NCBI GenBank assembly: GCA_964635605.1
Contig: CAZWPU010000002.1
Span: forward strand, 1 to 39,018
Reading direction: 5' to 3'
Source of the DNA: an uncultured Bacteroidales bacterium
GTDB lineage: Bacteria > Bacteroidota > Bacteroidia > Bacteroidales > UBA12077
DNA: 39,018 bases
Shown in pieces: positions 19,681 to 29,200 of the stretch (its first letter is position 1; each line of letters begins with the position of its first letter). A model generated the notes under the pieces. That model searched no databases. It was not told the origin of the DNA and was given only the letters and a program-made list of their open reading frames with translations. Both the position numbers and the translations under genes were made by a program.

Positions 19681-19862
19681 ATCTTTACATATTTTAATAT
19701 TATACTATTTTTACAAATATACTGTTAAATAATATATTGCAAATTCTTAATATCTAAAACAAAAAAGTTAATTTTGTATTTTAGATTATTGAAAAATAAA
19801 TTAAAAATAGTATTTATTTGCTGATTTTAAAATATATAATACCGATGTAATCTTTTGTAATA

Positions 19863-20570
19863 ATGAAAAATCGCGATCAAATACCATCATGCGAAAACTG
19901 CATTAACAAAATTAATTCTATTTTTAAACATCTTTTACCGGAAGAATTTTTAAAAGTAGAGAAAGAAAAAGTTTGCAATTCATACAAACGCGGAAGTATT
20001 ATTTATCATGAGGGAAGCAGAACGAATGGTTTTTATTGTATAAATTCAGGTATTTTAAAAATCTATAAAACAGGGATTGACGGACGCGAACAGATTATTG
20101 CATTTGCTAAAAAAGGAGATATTATCGGTTACCGTTCTATCTTAAGTAATGAATTAGCCTGCTCGTCGGCAAAAGTGATTGAAGATGCTATATTATGCTT
20201 TATACCTGGCGAAACATTAATAAGCCTGGTAAAAACCAACGGCAATTTTTCCATAGCTATGATGCAACAAACCTGTAAAGAATTAGGCGAGGCAAATTCT
20301 TTTATTACGGATATTGCGCAAAAAACTGTTCGGGAAAGACTTGCTGAAGTACTATTAAACCTAAAAGAAATTTTCGATTTAGATGAAGATCAAATATTAC
20401 AAATTTCATTAACCCGCGAAGAATTAGCAAACATTGTAGGTACGGCAACTGAGTCGGTTATTCGCCTTTTATCCGAATTTAAACAAGATCAATTGATTGA
20501 TTTAAACGGAAGAAAAATTAAAATTCTTGATACCAAACGATTGGAAAAAATATCGAATGCTTTTAATTAA
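19863..20570 (+). CDS. Crp/Fnr-family transcriptional regulator
   Basis: 235 aa. cNMP-binding beta-roll ([14 protein letters not shown]...GREQII) and C-terminal HTH ([23 protein letters not shown]). N-terminal CxxC (SCENC). Confidence 0.85.
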   Translation: MKNRDQIPSCENCINKINSIFKHLLPEEFLKVEKEKVCNSYKRGSIIYHEGSRTNGFYCINSGILKIYKTGIDGREQIIAFAKKGDIIGYRSILSNELACSSAKVIEDAILCFIPGETLISLVKTNGNFSIAMMQQTCKELGEANSFITDIAQKTVRERLAEVLLNLKEIFDLDEDQILQISLTREELANIVGTATESVIRLLSEFKQDQLIDLNGRKIKILDTKRLEKISNAFN

Positions 20571-21588
20571 ATAGATTTTGCTGATCGCCTCGCTCCTTTA
20601 TCCGGTTTAAATGTTTATACGCAAATTCAGTAGCTTCTCTTCCGCGTGGTGTTCGTTTCAAAAAACCTTCTTTTATTAAAAATGGCTCATAAACTTCTTC
20701 AATAGTACCACTATCTTCTCCAATAGCAGTAGCAATAGTATTAAGTCCAACAGGCCCGCCTCTAAATTTATCAATTATGGTTAATAAAATCTTATTATCC
20801 ATTTCGTCCAATCCATGTTTATCAATATTAAGCGCTTTTAAAGCATATCGTGAAATTTCAATATCTATTTTTCCGTTGCCTTTTACTTGAGCAAAATCAC
20901 GAACTCGTCGCAATAAAGCATTTGCAATTCTAGGGGTTCCGCGCGAACGGGATGAAATTTCATCTGCTGCATTAGCTGCAACATCTACATTTAAAATTTT
21001 AGACGACCGTTTAATAATCTTACTTAAGGTATCATGATCGTAATATTCTAAATGTAAACTAATTCCAAAACGTGCTCGCAACGGACTAGTTAATAATCCT
21101 GAACGTGTAGTTGCACCAATTAAAGTAAAAGGATTGAGATCAATCTGTACACTTCGTGCACTCGGCCCCTTATCAATCATAATGTCAATTTTATAATCTT
21201 CCATTGCAGAATAAAGGTATTCTTCTACCACCGGGCTTAATCGATGAATTTCATCAATAAACAAAACATCACCCTCTTCCAGATTAGTTAATAACCCAGC
21301 TAAATCGCCAGGCTTATCTAAAACCGGGCCTGAGGTTAGTTTTAAATTCACATTTAATTCATTGGCAATAATATTGGCAAGTGTTGTTTTTCCTAATCCC
21401 GGAGGGCCGTGTAATAAAACATGGTCTAATGCTTCGGAACGCATTTTAGCCGCTTGTACAAATACCTGTAAATTTTCTACCACTTTAAACTGCCCTTTAA
21501 AATCATTAAAATTTAAAGGCCTAAGTTTAATTTCAAACTCCCGGTCGCGGTCTAAATAATTTTCTTCCCTTATATTAAATTCGTCCAT
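20563..21588 (-). CDS. ruvB: Holliday junction branch migration DNA helicase RuvB
   Basis: 341 aa. Walker [10 protein letters not shown], Walker B LFIDEIH, sensor and arginine motifs ([15 protein letters not shown]). Confidence 0.95.
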   Translation of the reverse strand: MDEFNIREENYLDRDREFEIKLRPLNFNDFKGQFKVVENLQVFVQAAKMRSEALDHVLLHGPPGLGKTTLANIIANELNVNLKLTSGPVLDKPGDLAGLLTNLEEGDVLFIDEIHRLSPVVEEYLYSAMEDYKIDIMIDKGPSARSVQIDLNPFTLIGATTRSGLLTSPLRARFGISLHLEYYDHDTLSKIIKRSSKILNVDVAANAADEISSRSRGTPRIANALLRRVRDFAQVKGNGKIDIEISRYALKALNIDKHGLDEMDNKILLTIIDKFRGGPVGLNTIATAIGEDSGTIEEVYEPFLIKEGFLKRTPRGREATEFAYKHLNRIKERGDQQNLFN

Positions 21589-21619
21589 GTAAATAAATTT
21601 CTCTACAAATTTAACAAAT

Positions 21620-23182
21620 CTATTGTTCGTTGTAATTTGTAAAATCTATTTTTACTCCATTAATTTTATAAATTTTATCTTCTTTGTATTGCACAACTAA
21701 AAATAATTCTCCCTTTTCATCATATTTGGCCCAGGATTTTACTTTTTGTCCAGTTTCATAATATTGAATTTTTTTAATATTGCCATTTGGATAATAATAT
21801 ACATGTTTTTCATCACGACTTCCCTGTATAAACATACCTTCGTAGGCTAATTCGTCATTCGATTTATAATACCTGTACCATTTCCCGTCTTTGAATCCCA
21901 TAATATATTTTCCGGTTTCGGTCTGGTCACCTATATCATAATTCCAAACACCTTCTTTTTCTCCCTGAATATAATTTCCTTTGGCAATTACTGTCCCTGA
22001 ATCAGAATATTCAATTGATTCACCATCAGGTAAACCGTATATATAAAATTCTTCTTTTCGTTGTTGCCCGTTTTTAAAATACCATTTCCAACTTCCGGAT
22101 AATTTTCCTTTAGAATAGGTACCCGTTTGTTCCACACGTCCATTAGAAAAATAAAAAATCCATTTACCCGTTTTTTTATCATTTTGATAATATCCTTCTG
22201 CTTTTTTGTTTCCTTCGGGATAATAATCAATCCATTGTCCTTGTTTTTTTCCATCTAATTCAATTATTCCTTCACTTATTAATTGATGATAAGCATTATA
22301 TAATTTAGATTGAATAACATTTCCTTTTTTATCAAAATATCGATGAATACCAATAGGTTTCTGATTTAAATAACTACCCTGAAAAATTAAATTTTCATTT
22401 TCATCAAACTTCTCTCTTACATCAATATCGGTAACAAAACTATCCGTTTTTTCAATTAATTCTCCATTTTCATACTGTAAAGCATTTATTAAAAAACCAT
22501 CTTTATTATAAATTTTAAAAACTCCATTCAACTGCCCATTGAAGTATTCTTTTTCTTCTTTTATCGTTCCGTTAGGATAAAAAACTTTCCAAACTCCTGT
22601 TTTTTGGCCCTGCTCATCATACCTGTTAATTTCTTCGTGTAAAATTACTTCATTATTGCGGTAGCGCGTTATTGAAATAATATTGCTATCAATATCAAAT
22701 GTAAAAGCTAAACCATTTTTAACATCATCGATAAAAGAAATTATTATTTTAATTTGACCGTTCCGATAATAATGGTAAGTTTTTCCATTTCTTTGATCAT
22801 TTAAATATAATTCTTTCGATTGAAGATTTATTTTACCATCATCCAAAACAGGATAATAGGTATAAACATATCCGTTTTTTTTTCCCTGTAGATAATTAAT
22901 AATTTTTGAAGTATCGCCGGTATGGTTAAAAAATATCCAGGTACTGTCTAATTTTCCATTTTTCCATTTTCCAATAGAGCGTCTTACACCACTCATATGA
23001 TAAGATTTCCAAATACCTCCTGGTTTTCCATTTATTAAATAACCTTTACTGGCTATTTGCCCGTTACCGTGGAAATATTCTTTATAAATAGTATCTGATT
23101 GTGATTGTGAAAATACAATCTGAACAGAAAAAAATAAACAAAAAATAAAAATTAACTTTTTCACCCTGAAAAATTTAAACAA
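21620..23182 (-). CDS. Exported MORN-variant (YwqK-type) repeat protein
   Basis: 520 aa. Signal peptide, then about 15-18 degenerate ~23-aa repeats of the form G.W..YY.NG......Y..GK..G. Confidence 0.7.
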   Translation of the reverse strand: MFKFFRVKKLIFIFCLFFSVQIVFSQSQSDTIYKEYFHGNGQIASKGYLINGKPGGIWKSYHMSGVRRSIGKWKNGKLDSTWIFFNHTGDTSKIINYLQGKKNGYVYTYYPVLDDGKINLQSKELYLNDQRNGKTYHYYRNGQIKIIISFIDDVKNGLAFTFDIDSNIISITRYRNNEVILHEEINRYDEQGQKTGVWKVFYPNGTIKEEKEYFNGQLNGVFKIYNKDGFLINALQYENGELIEKTDSFVTDIDVREKFDENENLIFQGSYLNQKPIGIHRYFDKKGNVIQSKLYNAYHQLISEGIIELDGKKQGQWIDYYPEGNKKAEGYYQNDKKTGKWIFYFSNGRVEQTGTYSKGKLSGSWKWYFKNGQQRKEEFYIYGLPDGESIEYSDSGTVIAKGNYIQGEKEGVWNYDIGDQTETGKYIMGFKDGKWYRYYKSNDELAYEGMFIQGSRDEKHVYYYPNGNIKKIQYYETGQKVKSWAKYDEKGELFLVVQYKEDKIYKINGVKIDFTNYNEQ

Positions 23183-23195
23183 TTTTTAAAGATAT

Positions 23196-23224
23196 AAAAA
23201 AAGCAAGGGAATATAAACCCTGCT
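23196..23224 (-). terminator. Rho-independent terminator after nadA
   Basis: Stem AGCAAGGG (23202-23209) / CCCTGCT (23218-23224): 7 bp with one bulged A and an 8-nt loop. On the minus strand it is followed by a U-run (plus-strand A-run 23196-23201). Confidence 0.6.
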
Positions 23225-23240
23225 TTTCAATCAATATAAC

Positions 23241-24236
23241 CTACAAATTAAATTGTTTCGAAATTTCCAACATCTTATCAATAGATTTTCGGGCTTTATT
23301 CATAATTTTTTCATCTAAAATAACCTCAGGCAGCTCATATTTTAGTGTATTATAAATTTTATCAACGGTAATTAATTTCATAAAATTACAATCATTACAT
23401 CCACAAGTAGAATCTTTTGATGGTGCAACAATATATGTTTTCTCAGGATTTTGTATTTCCATCTGATGTAATATTCCAGATTCCGTAGCCACAATGTACT
23501 CCTTGCTATCATCTGATTTAGTAAATTTCAAAAGTGCCGCTGTGGATCCAATAAAATCAGAAACTATTTGTACTGGTTTTTGACATTCAGGGTGAGAAAT
23601 AATTTTTGCATCAGGATAATGCTTTTTCAAATCTAAAATTCCTTCTAACGAAAACTCTTCATGTACATGACAAGCTCCATCCCAAATAACCATCTCCCGG
23701 CCGGTAACTCTTTGAATATAGCTTCCAAGATTTTTATCTGGTGTAAATATAATTTTTTGTTTTTTTGGTAATGATTCTACAATTTTTAAAGCATTGGTAG
23801 AAGTACAACAAATATCGGTTAATGTTTTAATTTTGGCCGTTGTATTTACATATGAAATCACTAAATGGTCGGGATGTTTTTTTATAAAAACTTCAAATTC
23901 ATCGGCTGGACAAGAATCAGCCAATGAACATCCGGCATTTAAATCAGGTATTAACACTTTTGTTTTAGGCGAGAGAATTTTGGCTGTTTCTGCCATAAAA
24001 TGAACTCCGGCAAATACTATAATATCAGCATCTGTTTTTGCAGCTTTTTGAGATAATGCTAAACTGTCTCCCACAAAATCGGCTAAATCCTGAATATCTG
24101 ATGTTTGGTAATAATGCGCTAAAATAATTGCATTTTTTTCTTTTTTAAGCTTGTTGATCTCATCTAAAATATGGATATTATTTTTAGGTTTTTCATCGAT
24201 AAATCCTTTTTCTAAAATATCTTTTTCAACATTCAT
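23241..24236 (-). CDS. nadA: Quinolinate synthase
   Basis: 331 aa. ILAHYYQ, FMAETAKIL, PDLNAGCSLA, ...ISYVNT..., CHVHEEF and C-terminal TCGCNDCNFMK. Confidence 0.95.
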   Translation of the reverse strand: MNVEKDILEKGFIDEKPKNNIHILDEINKLKKEKNAIILAHYYQTSDIQDLADFVGDSLALSQKAAKTDADIIVFAGVHFMAETAKILSPKTKVLIPDLNAGCSLADSCPADEFEVFIKKHPDHLVISYVNTTAKIKTLTDICCTSTNALKIVESLPKKQKIIFTPDKNLGSYIQRVTGREMVIWDGACHVHEEFSLEGILDLKKHYPDAKIISHPECQKPVQIVSDFIGSTAALLKFTKSDDSKEYIVATESGILHQMEIQNPEKTYIVAPSKDSTCGCNDCNFMKLITVDKIYNTLKYELPEVILDEKIMNKARKSIDKMLEISKQFNL

Positions 24237-24595
24237 AATATATATTATATTTAATTATTTTAAATTTATATCTATATAATAATAATAATATCCTGTTAAT
24301 ATTGTTCTAAAATTTTTAATAATTCACTTGACTTTTATGATATTAAAAAGTTGTTAAACCTGTTTTAACAATGTAAATTAACTTTATTGTATTGATTTTT
24401 AAATTTTTAAAGCTATTATTAACATGTTGTTAATATGGATATATAGTGAAAACTTTTTGAGTAAAAATTAACTTTTATGGTTAAAAAAATGTTTGAAATT
24501 TGTGTGACAAAACTAAAAAAATATTTTTGATAAATCTTTAAAATTTTTATATAGAACACTCTTTTAATATATCAAGTAATAGTTTTTAAAATTTA

Positions 24596-24644
24596 TTGAC
24601 TTTAATTAACATTTACTTAACAATAATTGACAAAGAAATTAACA
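24596..24644 (+). repeat. Five same-orientation TTRAC(A/T) hexamers at 10-12-bp phasing
   Basis: TTGACT 24596, TTAACA 24606, TTAACA 24617, TTGACA 24627 and TTAACA 24639. Start-to-start spacings are 10, 11, 10 and 12 bp. Confidence 0.5.
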
Positions 24645-24814
24645 TTAAGTGAAAATAAGGTAAAGTATTTTAAATTTCTATGATCTAAACTATTTATGTG
24701 TTTTATTAATAGTATATTATTAATTAAAATAGTATATTTTATTATAAATCTTTATTATATAAAATTTTAAAAATTGTTATTTTAAAATATTTATAATAAA
24801 ATAAATATATTGGT

Positions 24815-24822
24815 TAAATTTG
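24815..24822 (+). promoter_or_regulatory. Candidate -7 box (TAAATTTG) for rpiB
   Basis: Matches TAnnTTTG, 37 nt upstream of the ATG at 24859. No clear -33 element, and the AT-rich background makes chance matches likely. Confidence 0.25.
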
Positions 24823-24858
24823 AGTAATGGAAATTAATAAATTATATTTTATTTAATT

Positions 24859-25305
24859 ATGGCTAACAAAAATATTTCATTAGCTATAGCAAGTGACCAT
24901 GCAGGATATAAATTTAAAGAGCAATTAAAAAAATATCTTAAACATAAAGGGTATACAATAAAAGATTTTGGAACCTCTTCGGATGAAAGCACTGATTATC
25001 CTGACTATGCTCACCCTTTAGCATCGGCTGTTGAAAAAGGAGATTATACATTTGGTATTACGCTTTGTGGAAGCGGAAACGGAATTAGTATGACAGCCAA
25101 TAAACACCAGGGTATACGTTCGGCACTTTGTTGGAATAAAGAAATAGCCCAATTTGCCCGTTTACATAATGATGCAAATGTTTGTTCGTTACCGGCACGG
25201 TTTATTTCTTATAATTTAGCAGAGGAAATAGTAAATATATTTTTAAATACTAATTTTGAAGGTGGAAGGCACCAACGAAGAGTTGAAAAAATTCCTACAC
25301 ATTAA
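24859..25305 (+). CDS. rpiB: Ribose-5-phosphate isomerase B
   Basis: 148 aa. IAIASDHAGY, LCGSGNGISMTANK and NVCSLPARF, typical of the RpiB/LacAB family. Confidence 0.9.
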   Translation: MANKNISLAIASDHAGYKFKEQLKKYLKHKGYTIKDFGTSSDESTDYPDYAHPLASAVEKGDYTFGITLCGSGNGISMTANKHQGIRSALCWNKEIAQFARLHNDANVCSLPARFISYNLAEEIVNIFLNTNFEGGRHQRRVEKIPTH

Positions 25306-25317
25306 ATATATTTTGTG

Positions 25318-25761
25318 ATGTTATCAAATACATGTAAATATGCCATACGAGCTGTTATTTATTTATCATTAAATGGCGGCGAAGAAAAAAAAATTGGAAT
25401 AAAAGAAATTTCTAAGGAGCTGGATATTCCAACACCCTTTTTAGGAAAAATTCTACAGACATTGGCTAAAAATAAGCTATTAAGTTCAACCAAAGGACCT
25501 CATGGTGGGTTTGGACTTGCCAAACCATCAAAAGATATTACGTTGTTAAATATTGTAGAAGTAATTGATGGTCTCGATTTTTTCAATACCTGTTTAATTG
25601 GTTTACGAACCTGTAAACCTACTGCTCATGATGATATTCAATGTCCTGTACATCATAAATATGAACCAATAAGTAAACAAATTTACGATTTGTTTAATAA
25701 CGAAACTATTGAAAATTTAAAAATTCAAATTGAAGAATCAGATGGTAAAATAGGATTATAA
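25318..25761 (+). CDS. Rrf2-family transcriptional regulator (probable Fe-S/redox type)
   Basis: N-terminal winged HTH (CKYAIRAVIYLS...ISKELDIPTPFLGKILQTLAKNKLL). C-terminal Cys/His cluster C-x6-C-x9-C-P-V-H-H. ATG at 25318; the ORF track starts at GTG 25315. Confidence 0.85.
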   Translation: MLSNTCKYAIRAVIYLSLNGGEEKKIGIKEISKELDIPTPFLGKILQTLAKNKLLSSTKGPHGGFGLAKPSKDITLLNIVEVIDGLDFFNTCLIGLRTCKPTAHDDIQCPVHHKYEPISKQIYDLFNNETIENLKIQIEESDGKIGL

Positions 25762-26154
25762 AATTTTTAACCACCGAGATTCTTTTATGTATGAATATAA
25801 TAGGATAGCAAAAAAACAGCCGGTTGTGTTTGCCAAAATATCTAAAATTTCTGCTGACCGGGTTTGGGTTAAATAAAATTGAAGCACTTCCATAAGCATT
25901 CCATAGCTAATAACCCAAACAAAAGTAATTAACATATGGTAATATTTTTTTCGTTTATCAGAACGTATAAGCGAGGCAAGGATAGAGAGCGATAATATTA
26001 AATATAATAACATGTGTATAACTTTATCCATATATGGAAAATTTAGAAGAGAAATTTTATTCAGGTTTTCTCCTGATGTTATACTTCCATATAAAATAAA
26101 AAGTGATATAAGTATTGGTTTCCAGTAATTTATTATATTATCTTTTATTTTCAT
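25756..26154 (-). CDS. VanZ-family membrane protein
   Basis: 132 aa, four TM helices, DKVIHMLLY and EVLQFY motifs. The 3' end overlaps the convergent Rrf2 gene by 6 nt. Confidence 0.7.
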   Translation of the reverse strand: MKIKDNIINYWKPILISLFILYGSITSGENLNKISLLNFPYMDKVIHMLLYLILSLSILASLIRSDKRKKYYHMLITFVWVISYGMLMEVLQFYLTQTRSAEILDILANTTGCFFAILLYSYIKESRWLKIL

Positions 26155-26276
26155 ATTTTGTTTTATAAAATAATAAGCGAATATAAAATTAATTTTTGTA
26201 ACTTATAAAACGCTATATTTTATTAATTGCTAAACGAATAATTTAGTTTTTTAATATATAATTAAATTTTGAAGTT

Positions 26277-29200
26277 ATGGACAAAAGAGATGCAATAATA
26301 AAATCATTACTAAAAGATTTAAAAAAAGAAAATATCAATACCTGGTTTGATTTGGGTTTGTTTTTAGACAGAATTAAAGAAAGCCGGGACGTTTCAAAAT
26401 TTAAATTTTCTGGAAGTTATTATAAGGAATTTAAAGAATTCATGTGTAATTCAAACATGGCCTTTTTAACTTTTCAATATGCTATTGATGGTGTTAGTAT
26501 TGAAGTAAAAAAATATACCAAAATTTTCAAGGATAAATATAACACATCAAACATTCATTATATAGCTGGTAAATTTTTCCCGGAATCGAAAAAAATGATA
26601 CCGGAATATGTGAAAAAATTTGAATTAGAGTCCATACAAGGTTTTGATGACTGGAAATTGTATAAAGATTTTTTCTTTACACATTTAGAGCGCGGTAGTA
26701 AAGAATATAATGAATTAATCATTAAATTCTGGAAAGAAACATTACAAATTGTTAAGGAACTGGGGAATTATATTGTATATGAAAATATTCAATTGCTCTA
26801 TTTGATTAATGTTTGTTCAAATCCGGGAAATGTTTCTTTAGCCCTGGCCGTTACTTTACTTTCCGAATATTTAAAAATTCCGGTAATAAATAATAGCCAC
26901 GATTTTTTCTGGGAAGGCGGGAACAAAGAAATTAATAAAAAAGTATATCATTTACCCGATGGACCTCGCGATTTCTTTTTTAAAAATGCACATGTAGGCG
27001 AAATTTTTTCTATTATAGAAATGTTGTATCCGTGGGATTCACGAATATGGATGCATGTTAATATCAATAAACAACAATCCGAACGATTGATTAAAATTAA
27101 CGGAATAAATCCTGCAAATGTAACCGAAATTGGAACTGCCGTTGATACGGATGAATATCAAAATACGACGAAGAGAAAAAAAATCAGCACCTTTTATCAA
27201 TTTGAAAAAATTTTAAGTCGTTACCAAGATACATTGATAAGTTATTCAGTTAAAGATGTATTGGAAAGTAATCTGGTTTCTCCCTATTTTATAAGACCTA
27301 TTTTAATAGGAGCCCGAAAAACGAAACCTTTACCTAAATTTCTAAATGAAAATATTATTTTTTTACAGCCTACACGTATCATTGCACGTAAACGAATTGA
27401 AATAGGATTTAATTTAGTTAAGAAACTTTTTGATGAAGAAGATTTTTATAACCGTTTTAAGGAAACAAAAAATCTTAAGCTTACTCTTTTAATTACCGGC
27501 CCAATTGCTTCAGGACACTTTGAATATTTTAAGCAATTACTGAATCGTTTTCAACAATTATTAAAAAATCTGGAACCCAAAATCCGTAATAAAGTATTTT
27601 TAGCTTTTTTGTTTAGCGAGCTGGATAAAAAAACTTTTAAGGAAAAGTTTGATGATCCGGTAGGAATTCCTGAATTGTATAATATTGCTTCGTTAGTTTT
27701 GCTGCCGAGTAAAACTGAAGGCCGTGGATTGCCCATTATTGAAGCAACTGCTTGCGGAACGCCAATTTTTTGCAGCCGCTATTATCCTGAAAATGTATAT
27801 TCCGAAGTAATTGGAGAGCACCTTCCACATCAGGACAGGCTCAAAGTTATTGAGTTTGATGGAAAAAATATCACTAAAAAGCACACTAAAAAAATTATGG
27901 AAAGTGTATTTTTTCCCCATAAATTTACCCATGTTATTGCACATAATCAGCAAGTTGTTAATAAAAGATATAGCTTAAAATCACTTAAAATAAATTTTGA
28001 TGATATTTGTCAAAAATTTTATTATCAGATAGGTACTAAAAATACTGTATTTAATAAAGCAAAAAAAGCCCTTCAATCTTATCAAAAAATTGTTAATTAT
28101 ACTAATGCCGATTTAGAAGCTATATTAGATATTCAAAATCGTGAATATTTACCGGGTTTTGGACGACTGCGATTTATGATTTTATTAAAATCACTCATTG
28201 ATCCCAGCTATTTTAGGGTTGAAGAGCAATTTTTTCGTGGGAAAGCTTATCAATATGCAAGACAAACTTTGGAAAAAGATGAAGGTGAAATTACTACCAA
28301 AAAGAAACTCCAATTTTTTAATGCTGTAGAAAGTATCTTTTTATATCACACAGGAGAAATGGATATTCAACACGACCATTCGTTGCCTTATCGTCATCGT
28401 AATAAAAATAAGTATCCATACCAGGATTTTACTATACAAGAGTTAAGTGGGTTAATAAATATGCTTTATTATGACATTATTCCCATTCAGGAGAAACCGG
28501 AAATTGATGTAAACGCACATTTTTTTACCGATTTTGATTTGGCTTTATCGCAATTAACTTCAAGTACTTATTTAGGTATTGACGACCGCAAATTTTTAAT
28601 AAAAAAATTGCAATCGAATGTTCCTATTGCCTATTTCCCCGGGAAATATATCCAAAATGAGATTGAATTTTTTGCCTTGCAATCTGTTCGCTCAAGGTTA
28701 GAATTAAAAATTGATGAAGAATTAACAGAAGATATATTGAAAGAATGTTCTGAATACATTTCTCCTGTTTATATCATGGCCAGTACAAAAACAACGATTG
28801 AAAATTATAACCGCGATAGTATTGAAAAGTTTATTTTGGAAGGGAATGATGAAGAATTGAAATTACTTTATCAATATAAAATTCTGCAAGTAGTTAATAT
28901 TGATCAGTGGTGTGTAGGAATCCATTTTAATCAGCTGGGAGAGGAAGGATTAAAAGCACTGCGAAGAGTAAAAGAAGAAAAAGGATTTATTATTTCAAAT
29001 CGTACAGAAGCTGCTGTAATGACTGATATTGTTGATATAGACAGGTTTCATATAGGAAAAATTGAAGACCGTATTACCGAGTCAATTATGGGAATACCGA
29101 TGAATACCGGATTTATTCAGTATGTTCCTGCCGGAATGCGGGTTACATTAGCTTATCCCACGCCTGTTCAAACGGCCAAAGATTTTCATGATTATTTAAA

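Larger units (their letters stand above)
24237..24858. promoter_or_regulatory. 622-bp ORF-free, extremely AT-rich divergent intergenic region (nadA <-> rpiB) enriched for TGTTAA/TTAACA
   Basis: No ORF of 60 aa or more in any frame. My hand count is 82 G+C in 622 nt (about 13%). I counted eight exact TGTTAA/TTAACA hexamers, three inverted-repeat sites and one phased direct-repeat array. Function not established. Confidence 0.5.

Noticed and set aside
21620-23182. Toxin-antitoxin system (YwqK-type antitoxin)
   Set aside because: There is no adjacent toxin-like gene. The protein has a signal peptide and is about five times longer than typical antitoxins. The repeats are simply of the MORN-variant type.
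24237-24330. NAD+ (nadA-motif) riboswitch in the nadA leader
   Set aside because: The leader is almost pure A/T and has no G/C-containing stems that could form the conserved riboswitch domains. A covariance-model scan (Rfam nadA) would confirm this.
24237-24858. Chromosomal replication origin (oriC). The region is long, extremely AT-rich and non-coding, and the window also holds the classically origin-linked genes rnpA and mnmG/gidA.
   Set aside because: I found no cluster of DnaA boxes (TTATCCACA-like). The only near match is one 8/9 site (TTTGTCACA, reverse complement of 24503-24511). rnpA and mnmG lie 16-24 kb away, and origin linkage of these genes is not reliable in Bacteroidota. A GC-skew analysis of the full genome would settle it.
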